Below, in pieces: positions 1 to 10,403 of a stretch of 64,000 nucleotides of DNA. Source of the stretch: a virus; IMG/VR virus record IMGVR_UViG_3300050196_000100, positions 8,392-72,391 of that record; one strand, 5' to 3'. Below the pieces are notes generated by a model. That model was not told the origin of the DNA and did no database searches. It worked only from the letters and a program-made list of their open reading frames with translations. The position numbers and the translations under genes are program-made. Numbering within the stretch: the first letter of the stretch is position 1; each line of letters opens with the position of its first letter.

Positions 1-765
1 CTTTATGTCCTTAGTCTTGTCAGTGGAGAACTCTACTTCACATCGGCAGATGTAGACATTCAATACTTCATCCCTGGAACATCGACAGTGGTGACATACA
101 TCGCACAGCCACTGGAACGCGGTGAGATCAAGGCATCAGTGGATTCGAGGGTAGACTCATGTTCCATCACGATATCCGATGTTACCAACGAGTTCCTAAG
201 TGCTCTCTTTGAATCCTTCGATTTTAGGGGCAGCAATGTGGATATCTACGAAATAGCATATCCAGGGAGTCTAGGTAATTCCAATGCGTATACTCAGATG
301 TTTGCAGGTTACATCGATGCCCCGTCCTTAGATTGTTCCAAAGCAACCTTCAGTGCGACGCTAAAAGCGAGATCACCCAACCTTGAAACCTACAGAACGG
401 TCAGTGCAACCTGCAATGCGTGGTTCGGTGATGCCGATGAATGCGGTGTAACACAGGCAACAAAGACAACCACGGTGGGCACAGGATCAACACAGGTTAC
501 ATTGTACTCCACAGCCATCACAGAGACAGCGAATTACTGGAAGTCTGGGGTATGCACGATAGGTTTTGAATCTAAGAAAATCATAGCATCCACAGTCGGC
601 AGTGTAACCGTGGAATACCCATTTTACTCTGTGCCAAGCGTAGGGTTGAACTTTAATATATCATCGGGTTGTGACAAGACTGCCACTGATTGTAAAAAAT
701 GGAATAACCTGACATCATTCTCGGGCTTCCCAGCAGTCGTCTTCGAATATAGTGTAAAAACCTAG
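1..765 (+). CDS. Tail-tip/baseplate hub protein (DUF2163/BR0599, lambda gpL-like), 5'-truncated by the window
   Basis: Frame 1 is open from base 1; C-terminal GCDKT..C.K.NN...F.GFP cysteine motif; lies directly upstream of the gpJ-like gene. Confidence 0.75.
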   Translation, partial: LYVLSLVSGELYFTSADVDIQYFIPGTSTVVTYIAQPLERGEIKASVDSRVDSCSITISDVTNEFLSALFESFDFRGSNVDIYEIAYPGSLGNSNAYTQMFAGYIDAPSLDCSKATFSATLKARSPNLETYRTVSATCNAWFGDADECGVTQATKTTTVGTGSTQVTLYSTAITETANYWKSGVCTIGFESKKIIASTVGSVTVEYPFYSVPSVGLNFNISSGCDKTATDCKKWNNLTSFSGFPAVVFEYSVKT

Positions 766-778
766 GAGGTGACTTAAA

Positions 779-3700
779 ATTTCCAAAAACACGGGCAAGA
801 CAATTTTCACCCTAGCAGCCATAGCATTCGGTGGTGGCTGGGTAGGTGGTATGGGAGTCCTCGGTGGTGGCACAGCACTCTCGGGCGCATTGTACGGTCT
901 TAGCCTCGCAAGCACCATATGGTCTGCCCTGCATCCCACGAAAGCCACGTACAACTTCGATGCTACCCAGAACGTAGTATCCGAAGATTCAATGATCCCA
1001 GTCATCTACGGCACTCGCAAATTCGGTGGTGTTCAAACTAATGCATTCACTGACTCCACTGGGCAAACGCAATCCAAGGACATCATCGTATCCGAAGGAC
1101 CCATCTCAGGAGTCTCTGGGGTAACCGCGAATTGCCTACTCATCACTGAGGGAGCCATATTCTCCCTTAGTAACAATGTTCACAGCGATGCTACGGTCTA
1201 CGTGTATAAAACCAATTCACCCACGGCAGACGATAAGAGACTTGTGCTGTACGCAGGGGGAACAACGGTCAACATAAACCTCCAAGGCAGCGGTGATATA
1301 TCCACAGACCAGTCCAATGATTTCTCATGTAGTACATTGAAGCTAATGCAACACATTGAGCAACTTGGCAATGGTTGGGTCATCACAAATAACGCAGGGG
1401 TAGACAACTCTCCCCAAGGTATCAGCGACATCAAAGGCATTACAAGTTCCACGTATCACCCTGCTACTACAGTGTCTTCTGGCGGTGGCAACAATGGCAA
1501 CGGTGGATCATCTACGACAACTACTACGACAGTCGCTGCATACTACACTTACACCTATGGTTCAGTGGCTTGCTATAATTCACCAGTGGATTTCCAGATG
1601 CCTGGGTTATCAGGGTCATCCTATGAATTCCACAGTGGCAGTGCTACACAGACTCCTCCGACTAACTATGCCACTGTGGGTTCCTATAAGAACTGTGCAT
1701 ACATAAGATCACACCTAGCTATATCATCGACGTTACAGGGGTCTAACCCTACGATAGCGGCGATTGTGCGGGGGAGACTCGTGTATGATCCAAGGACTGG
1801 AACCACGGCATACAGTGAAAATCCGTCCTTATGTCTCCTGGATTACATAGTAAACAAAAGATTCGGTATGGGTCGCTGGTTAACCTATGATAACCTCGAC
1901 ATCGATAGTTTCATTGAAGTCGCTGATTACTGTGACGAAACTGTGACATACCTAGATGCCTATGGAAATACAGTGTCAGAACCAAGGTACCGCCTTAACA
2001 TTGTCCTCGCAGAGAAACGGAAGAATATACAGAATGTCCAAGCGATCCTTGCAGTCTTTGCAGGGTTCCTTGTTTTTTCTGGGGACAAACTAAGCCTTCG
2101 CGTAGAGAAACAGGAGTCCATCAGTTATTCCTTTGACCCAAGCAACATCAAGAAGGACTCAGTGAAGTTTGAACAGACTGACCTTGAATCATCACCAAAT
2201 CGGTACAACATCACCTACTATGATCCTGCGCAGAATTGGGTAGGCATCAAGGTTAAAGTCGAGGACACCGCAGACCAGCACCAGCGTGGCGTAGTAATAC
2301 CCAAGGATGTAGACCTCCAAGGTTGTATACACCAAGGGCAAGCACTTCGCCTAGGGCGCATCTACAAAGCATTGAATCGCCTATGCCCAAACATCGTTAC
2401 ATTCTCCACTGGTACCTCAGCACTCCATCTACAACCAGGGGACATCATTGAATTTACCTATAGAGTTCTGTCGAAAATGCCAATGCGTATCCTTCAGATC
2501 AGCCAGAACAAAGGCATTTGGACAATCAAGGCACAGCAGTATAACCTCAGTATTTATGATGATGCACTGGGCTCCTCCATCAGCGTTGGTAACTATGTAC
2601 AAGTCGCGAACCCCTTTGGTGACGTAGTGCCCGATGTTACTTCCATCACACTGACACAGGAGTACTATGTGGACAAGGATGGAACTACGGTCAGTAACCT
2701 CAACGGCACCGCAGTACTCCCTAGTTATTCCTTCACTCGCAATGTGCATGTGCAGTACTCCACGGATGACGGTGGTTCATGGGTCAACTACGGTACAACC
2801 ACGGACGGCAACTTCGTTATTTCCAATGCAAAGACACTGACGACGTATTTAGTGAAACTCATTGTAGAAAACAGCGTAGGTCGTAAGTCCACAGGACTCA
2901 CCTCGGATGCCATATATATCACAGGGAAGGACGCTAATCCCTCAGACGTTCCGCTGATGACACTAACTCAAAGTTCATCCTCAATCATCGTTAATATAAC
3001 CAAAGTATCCGATGTTGACTTGAATCACTATGAACTGAGGTACGGGGTAACATGGGAGAAATCCATAGTCATCCAGAAATTCATCGGAATCCAGATCATC
3101 ATTGATGCACCTTGTAATGGAACTTTGACATACTGGGTTAAGGCTGTGGACAACTCAGGAAATTACTCTACGGATGCTACGCAGGCAACAGTAAACATCA
3201 TAGGGCTTGCAGAGAAGAACCTTATGGTCACCTCATCGCCAGCATTGGATACATGGACTGTCACAGATATGTACCTTGACCGCAATGGAAAATACCGTAT
3301 ACGTTCCACGAAGACTTTGGCTGACTACACGTACTTCGCAGACATCTTTGGGAGCACAGCAACCTACGTCTCCGATGCGAGCATAATTCTCCCAGTGATT
3401 GACCTTGGGGTAGGAGTCCTTGATGCTTCATGCTATTACACTGCAGGCAATGGGTCAGTCAAGTTTCACACAGTGCAGAAGCTAAGTGACTATGGATACT
3501 TTAGTGACATCTTCGGAACTGCGGTAACATATGTACAACCCACATACCTCAAGGAAACATTCATGGCTGTCACTGTAGACTATACAACCATAGGATTGGC
3601 ATCGGTGTCAACGTATTACCAATCGTCAGTCGATGGAATCACATGGACAGCATTGACACCATATAGTGGCTCACAATTCTACGGGCGTTATCTACGGATG

Positions 3701-4009
3701 ACATTGTACCCTGTGTCCAACGGTGGTCAGGTGTACATCAAAGGAGCCACTGTAACCATAGATGTCCCAGATGTCGAGGAGCTTCATACGAATATTGCAG
3801 TGGCATCCACTGGAACCACAGTGGCACTCACTAGCAACTTCACTGTCATCGACAGTTACGAAGCATATACAACGAATGCCAGTGGTTTGCAATGTTCAAA
3901 CATGGTAACCATCGCAGGAGATCTGCGTAGTCTCACTGTTCACATCTATGACAGCACTGGAACTGCGATTGCAGGGAAACTACAAAAGGTATTAATAAGG
4001 GGGTACTAA
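779..4009 (+). CDS. Tail tip/host-specificity protein (lambda gpJ-like, FN3-like segment)
   Basis: IPVIYG motif, NPSLCLLDY, RYRLN and LQPGDII segments typical of gpJ-like proteins. ORF track starts at 851, but RBS GGAGGTGA (765-772) precedes an in-frame ATT at 779. Confidence 0.85.
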   Translation: MSKNTGKTIFTLAAIAFGGGWVGGMGVLGGGTALSGALYGLSLASTIWSALHPTKATYNFDATQNVVSEDSMIPVIYGTRKFGGVQTNAFTDSTGQTQSKDIIVSEGPISGVSGVTANCLLITEGAIFSLSNNVHSDATVYVYKTNSPTADDKRLVLYAGGTTVNINLQGSGDISTDQSNDFSCSTLKLMQHIEQLGNGWVITNNAGVDNSPQGISDIKGITSSTYHPATTVSSGGGNNGNGGSSTTTTTTVAAYYTYTYGSVACYNSPVDFQMPGLSGSSYEFHSGSATQTPPTNYATVGSYKNCAYIRSHLAISSTLQGSNPTIAAIVRGRLVYDPRTGTTAYSENPSLCLLDYIVNKRFGMGRWLTYDNLDIDSFIEVADYCDETVTYLDAYGNTVSEPRYRLNIVLAEKRKNIQNVQAILAVFAGFLVFSGDKLSLRVEKQESISYSFDPSNIKKDSVKFEQTDLESSPNRYNITYYDPAQNWVGIKVKVEDTADQHQRGVVIPKDVDLQGCIHQGQALRLGRIYKALNRLCPNIVTFSTGTSALHLQPGDIIEFTYRVLSKMPMRILQISQNKGIWTIKAQQYNLSIYDDALGSSISVGNYVQVANPFGDVVPDVTSITLTQEYYVDKDGTTVSNLNGTAVLPSYSFTRNVHVQYSTDDGGSWVNYGTTTDGNFVISNAKTLTTYLVKLIVENSVGRKSTGLTSDAIYITGKDANPSDVPLMTLTQSSSSIIVNITKVSDVDLNHYELRYGVTWEKSIVIQKFIGIQIIIDAPCNGTLTYWVKAVDNSGNYSTDATQATVNIIGLAEKNLMVTSSPALDTWTVTDMYLDRNGKYRIRSTKTLADYTYFADIFGSTATYVSDASIILPVIDLGVGVLDASCYYTAGNGSVKFHTVQKLSDYGYFSDIFGTAVTYVQPTYLKETFMAVTVDYTTIGLASVSTYYQSSVDGITWTALTPYSGSQFYGRYLRMTLYPVSNGGQVYIKGATVTIDVPDVEELHTNIAVASTGTTVALTSNFTVIDSYEAYTTNASGLQCSNMVTIAGDLRSLTVHIYDSTGTAIAGKLQKVLIRGY

Positions 4010-4012
4010 GGC

Positions 4013-6235
4013 ATGGCAGAAATTCTCACACTCACCAACGATCCCACGGAAGCCATAGACTTACTAAACTATCACACGCATGGCACAGGACAAATCGGAG
4101 GTGTCATAAATACCAATGGACTCGCAGATGCCAGTGTGTCCACAGCAAAGATTGTAGACAACTCAGTGACAACAGCGAAACTCGCAGATGCTTCAGTAAC
4201 CACAGCAAAACTCAGCACAGACTTGGCTACTGCAATAAACAGCGCAGGAAGTGGAGGTGTTCCAGGACTCACAGGGTACGTCGCAGATGGTCTAAGAGTA
4301 GCATCGGTGAATGCGCTGAATGCCGTGATAAGTACGGGTAGAGCGTCGATAGCTGAGACGATACAGAAGGTTACATCGGCAACTACGGTGGCGTTGGATG
4401 CCAGAGAAGTTTCACTGATATATGCAGGGTACAATTCCACAGGTATTCCAACGATTGCTAAGGTTAACGCAGTGTCCCCTACGACATTCATTGACAATAA
4501 CACTGTAGGCATGTGGATCTTCAATAAAACCACAGGTGGCGCAGTGATTCCTAATTCTGCCGTGGGTGTATCATCATTGGCTGTGGCGAACAATTTGAAT
4601 CCCTCTGGTGGCGTGGCATCAGTCGATGGATGGAATGATTACTCACTGAAACTCGATGGTTCATCTGGGGATTTTTACAGTGATAATGCTACGAATATTC
4701 CCATAGGCGCAGCGCTTCGTGAATTTTCGGTGCAATACACAGTGTACAATGTTGCGGTGCTTCAGTGCATCATGGGCATGGGAACCTCTGGGTATGCCAT
4801 AAATCTTTACCATGATGCATCTGGGGTATTGACGGTACTCGCAGGTTCCACAGCATATTCCACATCATTCACTGTATCCGCAGGACAAACCTACGTATTC
4901 ACACTGCAATACGATGGAGCCAATGTGACAGTGTTAGTCAATGGTACCCAGATATACAAAGTAGCCGTAGTACTTGCCACAGTTGCCAGTGTGTTCTACG
5001 TAGGTCGTCTATCACACACGGCATCACAGTATTCCTATGGAGTATTCCATTGGTGCGAAGTGAGAAACAAGGTAAGGGCACAGGCAACCATCGGAGCCAT
5101 GGCAAATTCCCTGATGCTTCCATGCTTCTATACCAAGTCCTCCGCAGTAGTTCCCACAGTACCTTCCGCATATGCGTCGACTTACCACGAATACCTATTC
5201 AATGAAACCTCTGGAACATCCGTGGCTGACAGCAATACGACTTCGGCACTCACAGGGACAGCTACGAATACCACGGTTGGCACTAGCGACATAGGGCTGA
5301 CAGCGAGTAGGGTGTTTAGTTCTGCGAGTTCCTACGTGAACCTTGGTAGTTTTGCGTGTGCGTCTACGTTTAGTTATGTTGGTGTTGTGTACTTGACTAG
5401 CTATGCTAATACCCCTATACTTTGGAGCAACCAAACAAGCGTGTCCGTTGGGTGTACTATATATATTAATAGTTCAGGGTTTATTTGCTTTCAAGTAGCT
5501 GGAACGGTTGTAACACTAGGTACTACTGCATTAGGCTTGAATGTGCCAATATTTATAGGTTTAGCAATTAATGGAACTAGCGCCTCTTTCTACCAGAATA
5601 CACCTTACAAATCCCTACAGGCAAGTATAACATCGCCTAACACCACATCTGGAGTGGCTTATTTAGGCTTATATCCTACATCTGGGGCTAACTATATACA
5701 AGGTAAACTTCTCTACACCATGTTCGTCAACGCAGAACTATCCCAAGCAGACATTGACTACTACTACACCCAACTAATGGTCACTGGCAGACGTAGCATA
5801 ATCGACGATGTACTGCCGACGAACAGTGTTGCCTTGGCTTTTGCTAGGACAAATTCTACGAATGTCATTGAGTACAATGATACTGACTATGGTTATGGAC
5901 GTAGGGAAAAGGCTGTCGGTGGTAATCGCAAGGTATTCTTGGGGTGGAAGTATTTTAGTGGGACAACTACATTGACTTGGGATAACCCTTTTAAGACAAG
6001 GAAAATTAAGGCTTACTACACTTGGGCGCAGGATGCCAATGGAACCAACGAATCGGATATCAGCCCTGAGTTTGCCAGTGGTACAACTTATGGAGTTAGA
6101 AACATTGACACATCGGTTAATAGACTTAGTGTACTAGTAGGTGCAAGTGGTGCCTGTAATTCCAACGGTGCATGGCAAACCTCGGGCTATATCGGCTGTT
6201 ACGCAGAAGTACTAGAAGACTACAAAGGAGTGTAA
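4013..6235 (+). CDS. Tail fibre/receptor-binding protein with ConA/LamG-like beta domains
   Basis: N-terminal ADASV(S/T)TAK repeats; Ser/Thr/Gly-rich LamG-like segments (YLFNETSGT); follows the tail-tip gene. Confidence 0.7.
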   Translation: MAEILTLTNDPTEAIDLLNYHTHGTGQIGGVINTNGLADASVSTAKIVDNSVTTAKLADASVTTAKLSTDLATAINSAGSGGVPGLTGYVADGLRVASVNALNAVISTGRASIAETIQKVTSATTVALDAREVSLIYAGYNSTGIPTIAKVNAVSPTTFIDNNTVGMWIFNKTTGGAVIPNSAVGVSSLAVANNLNPSGGVASVDGWNDYSLKLDGSSGDFYSDNATNIPIGAALREFSVQYTVYNVAVLQCIMGMGTSGYAINLYHDASGVLTVLAGSTAYSTSFTVSAGQTYVFTLQYDGANVTVLVNGTQIYKVAVVLATVASVFYVGRLSHTASQYSYGVFHWCEVRNKVRAQATIGAMANSLMLPCFYTKSSAVVPTVPSAYASTYHEYLFNETSGTSVADSNTTSALTGTATNTTVGTSDIGLTASRVFSSASSYVNLGSFACASTFSYVGVVYLTSYANTPILWSNQTSVSVGCTIYINSSGFICFQVAGTVVTLGTTALGLNVPIFIGLAINGTSASFYQNTPYKSLQASITSPNTTSGVAYLGLYPTSGANYIQGKLLYTMFVNAELSQADIDYYYTQLMVTGRRSIIDDVLPTNSVALAFARTNSTNVIEYNDTDYGYGRREKAVGGNRKVFLGWKYFSGTTTLTWDNPFKTRKIKAYYTWAQDANGTNESDISPEFASGTTYGVRNIDTSVNRLSVLVGASGACNSNGAWQTSGYIGCYAEVLEDYKGV

Positions 6236-6237
6236 CT

Positions 6238-6546
6238 ATGTACTACAACGTAACGACTAAAGAACTAACCTCGTCCCCTCCATGGGGCAACCACTACTAT
6301 GACCCCGATGTACTCGCAGAATTATACAGCGAATGGTCAGAGGTGGCAGAGGGTTACGTGCCCACCATTGTACTCACCAAGGCTCAAAAGTATGCCGTGG
6401 TGAATGCCAAGTATTCCGCCGTAGAACAAGGGCTCCTCAATGCCATACAAATCTCAGATGCCCTTGGGCTGTCCGTAGTGGCACTAAAAGCTAAAGTCCT
6501 CGCCAACAAAGCATCATGGAAGGCAGAGTTGCTCACAGTAAAATAA
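6238..6546 (+). CDS. Small tail-fibre-associated protein
   Basis: ATG at 6238, 2 nt after the fibre stop, with GGAG upstream; position typical of fibre chaperones. Confidence 0.5.
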   Translation: MYYNVTTKELTSSPPWGNHYYDPDVLAELYSEWSEVAEGYVPTIVLTKAQKYAVVNAKYSAVEQGLLNAIQISDALGLSVVALKAKVLANKASWKAELLTVK

Positions 6547-6556
6547 GGAGGCACCA

Positions 6557-6775
6557 ATGAACTACATAGCAAATGCACTCAAGGGCAACATGGGAATCTG
6601 TGTTGTCCTTTACCTATGCCTAGGAATCACTGAGCAACTATGCAATGGCTACTTTGGTACCCATTATTCCATCCCTGACCTATCTAGTATATTCGGTGTA
6701 GTCTTCGCAAAACTCAGTGTAGACCATGGAGTCAATAGTCTCCTAAATTCACCCAAAGGAGAGATGCCAGGATGA
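6557..6775 (+). CDS. Putative holin
   Basis: 72 aa, two hydrophobic segments, RBS AAGGAGG, in the lysis cluster. Confidence 0.5.
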   Translation: MNYIANALKGNMGICVVLYLCLGITEQLCNGYFGTHYSIPDLSSIFGVVFAKLSVDHGVNSLLNSPKGEMPG

Positions 6776-7242
6776 ACCCACAGTTCACCAACGCTAACCC
6801 ATGCCAATCAGAGACAGACCTTGTGTGTGCTGCGGAGCTAAGGGGTCGCCATGAGCAACAACTTAGTGGTCTAGAGAGGGGTCAGATGGAGCACAGAGCA
6901 TCCTTAGAGAAAGGTCAGGAGAATCTACGGCAAGACGTAGGCGATCTCAGAAAGGACATTAAGGATGTCATGGTCGTCATTGGTAAAAACATTGATGAGA
7001 ACCACAAAGCACTCATGGCATCCAATGCGAACACAGACACTAAGATTGATGCCATGGGTACTAAGATTGTCAATGTCTCCCTAGATGTCGCAAAGCTACA
7101 AGAAGCATCTGAGGGACACGACGATTCCATCAAAGAGTTGCGCAGTTATATCATCGGTATCATCGTCGCATTCATCTCAGGAGTTATTGGTTTTGTCACA
7201 TGGCTTGCAGAGAAATATCCTATACATTTTGGAGGTAACTAA
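6772..7242 (+). CDS. Membrane-anchored coiled-coil lysis-cluster protein (XhlA/holin-associated type)
   Basis: Coiled coil plus C-terminal TM segment YIIGIIVAFISGVIGFVTWL; upstream of the endolysin. Confidence 0.5.
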   Translation: MNPQFTNANPCQSETDLVCAAELRGRHEQQLSGLERGQMEHRASLEKGQENLRQDVGDLRKDIKDVMVVIGKNIDENHKALMASNANTDTKIDAMGTKIVNVSLDVAKLQEASEGHDDSIKELRSYIIGIIVAFISGVIGFVTWLAEKYPIHFGGN

Positions 7243-7243
7243 G

Positions 7244-7780
7244 ATGAACAAAGTAACACTCAGCGACTTAAAGGAACTTGCACAGAATGCACAGGGTAAC
7301 ATTAGCCACCTATATTTGCATTGGTCTGCAGGGCATTACACTAGCTACTTCGATGACTACCACGTAAACATTGCAGGCGACGGTAGCATCTATGTATCCT
7401 GTGAGTCCCTAGAGGAACATAAGTCTCATACGTACATGCGCAACACTGGTGCCGTGGGAATTGCCTTGGCTTGCTGTGCAGGTGCCACATCGGATAACCT
7501 TGGCACCGAGCCACCTACGGATGCACAGATTGAAACCATGGCACAGGTCATTGCAGTGCTGTGTGAAGGTCTTGGATTACCCATAGACGTTGCACATGTG
7601 CAGACCCACGGTGAAGCAGGGGATAACATAGACGGTCTTAGCACCTATGCACCCTACGGACAAAACACCACGTGTGAGCGATGGGACTTGGCAATCCTGA
7701 AAAACGGTGATACATGGTCTAGCGGTGGCGATACCCTGCGTGGCAAGGCAATATACTATGAAAATCAAGGAGGTTGTTAA
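7244..7780 (+). CDS. Endolysin, N-acetylmuramoyl-L-alanine amidase (Amidase_2 type)
   Basis: LYLHWSAG, YHVNI, SHTYMRNTGAVGI and VQTH Zn-amidase motifs; RBS GGAGG before ATG 7244. Confidence 0.85.
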   Translation: MNKVTLSDLKELAQNAQGNISHLYLHWSAGHYTSYFDDYHVNIAGDGSIYVSCESLEEHKSHTYMRNTGAVGIALACCAGATSDNLGTEPPTDAQIETMAQVIAVLCEGLGLPIDVAHVQTHGEAGDNIDGLSTYAPYGQNTTCERWDLAILKNGDTWSSGGDTLRGKAIYYENQGGC

Positions 7781-7781
7781 C

Positions 7782-8132
7782 ATGGAAGAAACATTGGCAG
7801 CAGTAGAAGTCCCAGTGGTGGTCACAGAAGTTCCCGTGGTTCCTGTGGTGGTGTCTGAGTTAGACAAATGGAAGGCATTGTTAGCCTCAGCAAAGTCCTT
7901 GGCAGGCGATGAGGAAACTCAGGAAGTCGCAGTAATCAAAGCTAAGGTGGATGCATTAGAAGCCGAGGTTATTGCCAAGGAAGTTGCACTGGATGCTGAG
8001 ATTGAAACAGTGGAATCTGAGGTGGTTACAGGTGTAGCTGTGTTAAAAACTCAGTATGGCACAGTAATCCATAATGCCTTAAACACCATCGGAATTGCAG
8101 TGGTGTTACTGAAACTATTCGGTATCATCTAA
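7782..8132 (+). CDS. Hypothetical protein with C-terminal TM segment (lysis cluster)
   Basis: RBS AAGGAGG, acidic coiled coil, hydrophobic C-terminus. Confidence 0.5.
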   Translation: MEETLAAVEVPVVVTEVPVVPVVVSELDKWKALLASAKSLAGDEETQEVAVIKAKVDALEAEVIAKEVALDAEIETVESEVVTGVAVLKTQYGTVIHNALNTIGIAVVLLKLFGII

Positions 8133-8143
8133 GGAGGTAAACT

Positions 8144-8707
8144 ATGACTATTCTAAAGCTGTACTGGAAATACATCGCAACATTGATCCTAGGAATTGCG
8201 TTGGGTGCCTATGTCACCTATGTATACTTTCCTCGCATTGTAACCAAAGAATGTACTAAGATTGAAACCCAAGTTGTAACTCAGGTAGAAACCAAGGAAG
8301 TAACCTCGGTGGGCTACGTCCCCAAGACTTCCAAAGCAGACGCAGATGTCGAAGTCACCCGTGCTCCCAATGTTGTCACCGTGTCGGTCAACGGAACCGT
8401 CACAGAGTTGCCAGTGGTGCAGGGTGAAACTCAGAAATTCGAGGAAGGCAAGGTAGTCTTAGAGCAAACTGGGAGCGTCAAGGTAGACGTAACTGCACAG
8501 GTCAAACAACAGGTCACCGATGGCATCAATGATGCATTCAAGGCAGAGCAGAAGAAACCTAAGATCAGGGTGGGTGCTGAGGGTGCTGTAGACGACAAAG
8601 GTAGCGTCGATGGTAACCTTCGTATCTCACGGCAGTCTCAGAAGTACGATGTTGATCTGAGGATTAACAAAAATCGCCAAGTCATTAGTGGAACATTGTG
8701 GTTCTAA
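8144..8707 (+). CDS. N-terminally anchored secreted protein (possible spanin-like accessory)
   Basis: N-terminal TM segment YIATLILGIALGAYVTYVYF; last gene before the late terminator. Confidence 0.45.
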   Translation: MTILKLYWKYIATLILGIALGAYVTYVYFPRIVTKECTKIETQVVTQVETKEVTSVGYVPKTSKADADVEVTRAPNVVTVSVNGTVTELPVVQGETQKFEEGKVVLEQTGSVKVDVTAQVKQQVTDGINDAFKAEQKKPKIRVGAEGAVDDKGSVDGNLRISRQSQKYDVDLRINKNRQVISGTLWF

Positions 8708-8708
8708 C

Positions 8709-8750
8709 ATTGGGTCACTCAAGGATAAAACTTTGAGTGACCCAATTTTC
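8709..8750 (+). terminator. Rho-independent terminator closing the late/lysis operon
   Basis: ATTGGGTCACTCAA / TTGAGTGACCCAAT perfect stem followed by a T tract. Confidence 0.85.
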
Positions 8751-8763
8751 TTCGTTTATACCC

Positions 8764-8793
8764 TTGACACAAGTTGTGTCCATGTGGTACTAT
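8764..8793 (+). promoter_or_regulatory. sigmaA promoter containing a GACACA-N3-TGTGTC dyad
   Basis: TTGACA-18-TACTAT with TG extension; dyad 8766-8780 overlaps the -35 and spacer. Confidence 0.75.
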
Positions 8794-9136
8794 TGGCACA
8801 TAGGAAATGCAAAGGAGGAAACTAAGGATGGTCATGGTAACTACAGAACGCAAGGGACTCATCGTGGATGTACGAGGAAGGTGCTTAGGATGGACTTTGT
8901 AATACAATGGGTCAAAGTATTAACAGCAATGATAGTCGTGGGGTCTTGTGCAGGAGTACTCCGTAGTATCATTGCTAATCACACTGTTAATACAAGGAGG
9001 AAACTAAGATGATACAATGTAAACCGTTCATATGCCAATGGTGTAACAGTAAGATTCATGGGACGCTCATAGGAAAGACCTGGGTATGCCGATGCAATGT
9101 CTGTCAGGATTCGTGGGAGGTCAAGGAGGAATTACA

Positions 9137-9457
9137 ATGAGTAACAAAGTATTTCAACATAGTCTACATAGGGAGCTATGGCAATGGCTCAGTGATAACC
9201 CAGAGAAGGACAAGTATCAATGGATACAGTGGCGTAGTAATGATGGTACAGTGGAAGATATTCCTGGAGATTGCTTTGCTTGTAACTATGGCAATGGATG
9301 CAGAGAATGCCCATTAGAACATACTCATGTAGAGTTAAGATGCCTTGGTGGTACATATGAACGATGGGAGCAGAATGAGGGAAATCCACAGGAACGCACA
9401 AGGTTAGCCCTAGTTATTCGAGATTTACCAGTGAAGGACGGAGTTGTCTGTGAATAG
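9137..9457 (+). CDS. Hypothetical Cys-rich phage protein
   Basis: RBS AAGGAGGA before ATG 9137; CFAC...CRECPL motif. Confidence 0.55.
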   Translation: MSNKVFQHSLHRELWQWLSDNPEKDKYQWIQWRSNDGTVEDIPGDCFACNYGNGCRECPLEHTHVELRCLGGTYERWEQNEGNPQERTRLALVIRDLPVKDGVVCE

Positions 9458-9617
9458 GCGAAGTATGCCTTGATTGGACACAAGTTGTGTCGGAGGAGGT
9501 AACAATGATGTTCTTGGATTACTTTAATAACCCAGAGGATTACATCGCACAATCAGTGGGTTAACTATGTCTACTTTGGACACAAAGTGTGTCAAGGGAT
9601 AAGGAGGAGGAATACAT

Positions 9618-10352
9618 ATGAATAACTTAATTAACATCAATGAAAATGGACAATGTACCGCTAGGGAGTTATATGAATTCTTAGAACTAGCACCAAGTCA
9701 ATTCGCAAGATGGTCTAAGTCAAACATAACAAGCAATGCTTTTGCTGAGGAAAACAAAGACTTCATACGGTTCGACATCTATGTCGAGGGTAACAAAACA
9801 TCTGACTATAAGCTATCTCCAGAATTCGCCAAGAAGATATGTATGACATCTGCGACTAACCGCGGTGAGCAAGCTAGGAATTACTTCATAGAAATCGAGA
9901 AGAAATACAATGGACAATCTCAAACTACCAAGGCACTACCACAGGTCGAGGTTGACCTCATAGCAGCTAAGTACGCCAGTGAAATACTTAGACCATCCGA
10001 GGCATCGAAGATTCGTATGTTAACCACAGTATGTCGTAATCACAATGTTAACACCAACTTCCTGCCAGCGTACACCGAGGAATCCTTGACCCGTAGTGCT
10101 ACGGAATTACTAGGCGAACATGGGAAGCCAATGTCAACCATAACTCTCAACAAGCGACTATTGAAGCTTGGAATACTCGAAGAACAACATCGAAACGGCA
10201 GAGGAAATACTGTTCATAAATTCAAGGCACTCACGGATGCAGGGTTAGCCTATGGTAAGAACATGGTATCCCCTCAGAATGAACGTGAGGTACAGGTGCA
10301 TTATTACCCTGAGAAGTTCAAGGAGTTACTGCGGATGGCGGTGGGTGCATAG
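9618..10352 (+). CDS. AntA/AntB-family antirepressor
   Basis: TARELYEFL...F.RW...E..DF...DY.LS...AKKICM...GEQARNYFIEIEK signature. Confidence 0.8.
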   Translation: MNNLININENGQCTARELYEFLELAPSQFARWSKSNITSNAFAEENKDFIRFDIYVEGNKTSDYKLSPEFAKKICMTSATNRGEQARNYFIEIEKKYNGQSQTTKALPQVEVDLIAAKYASEILRPSEASKIRMLTTVCRNHNVNTNFLPAYTEESLTRSATELLGEHGKPMSTITLNKRLLKLGILEEQHRNGRGNTVHKFKALTDAGLAYGKNMVSPQNEREVQVHYYPEKFKELLRMAVGA

Positions 10353-10403
10353 CTATGCCCAAGTTGGACACAAAGTGTGTCAAGGAAATAAGGAGGAATA
10401 TGC

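Noticed and set aside
6231-6240. TAACTATG at the fibre/chaperone junction as a motif copy
   Set aside because: No downstream GACACA-N3-TGTGTC dyad; it is an ordinary stop-start junction.
4013-8707. Diversity-generating retroelement acting on the tail fibre
   Set aside because: No reverse transcriptase and no TR/VR repeat pair seen in the window.
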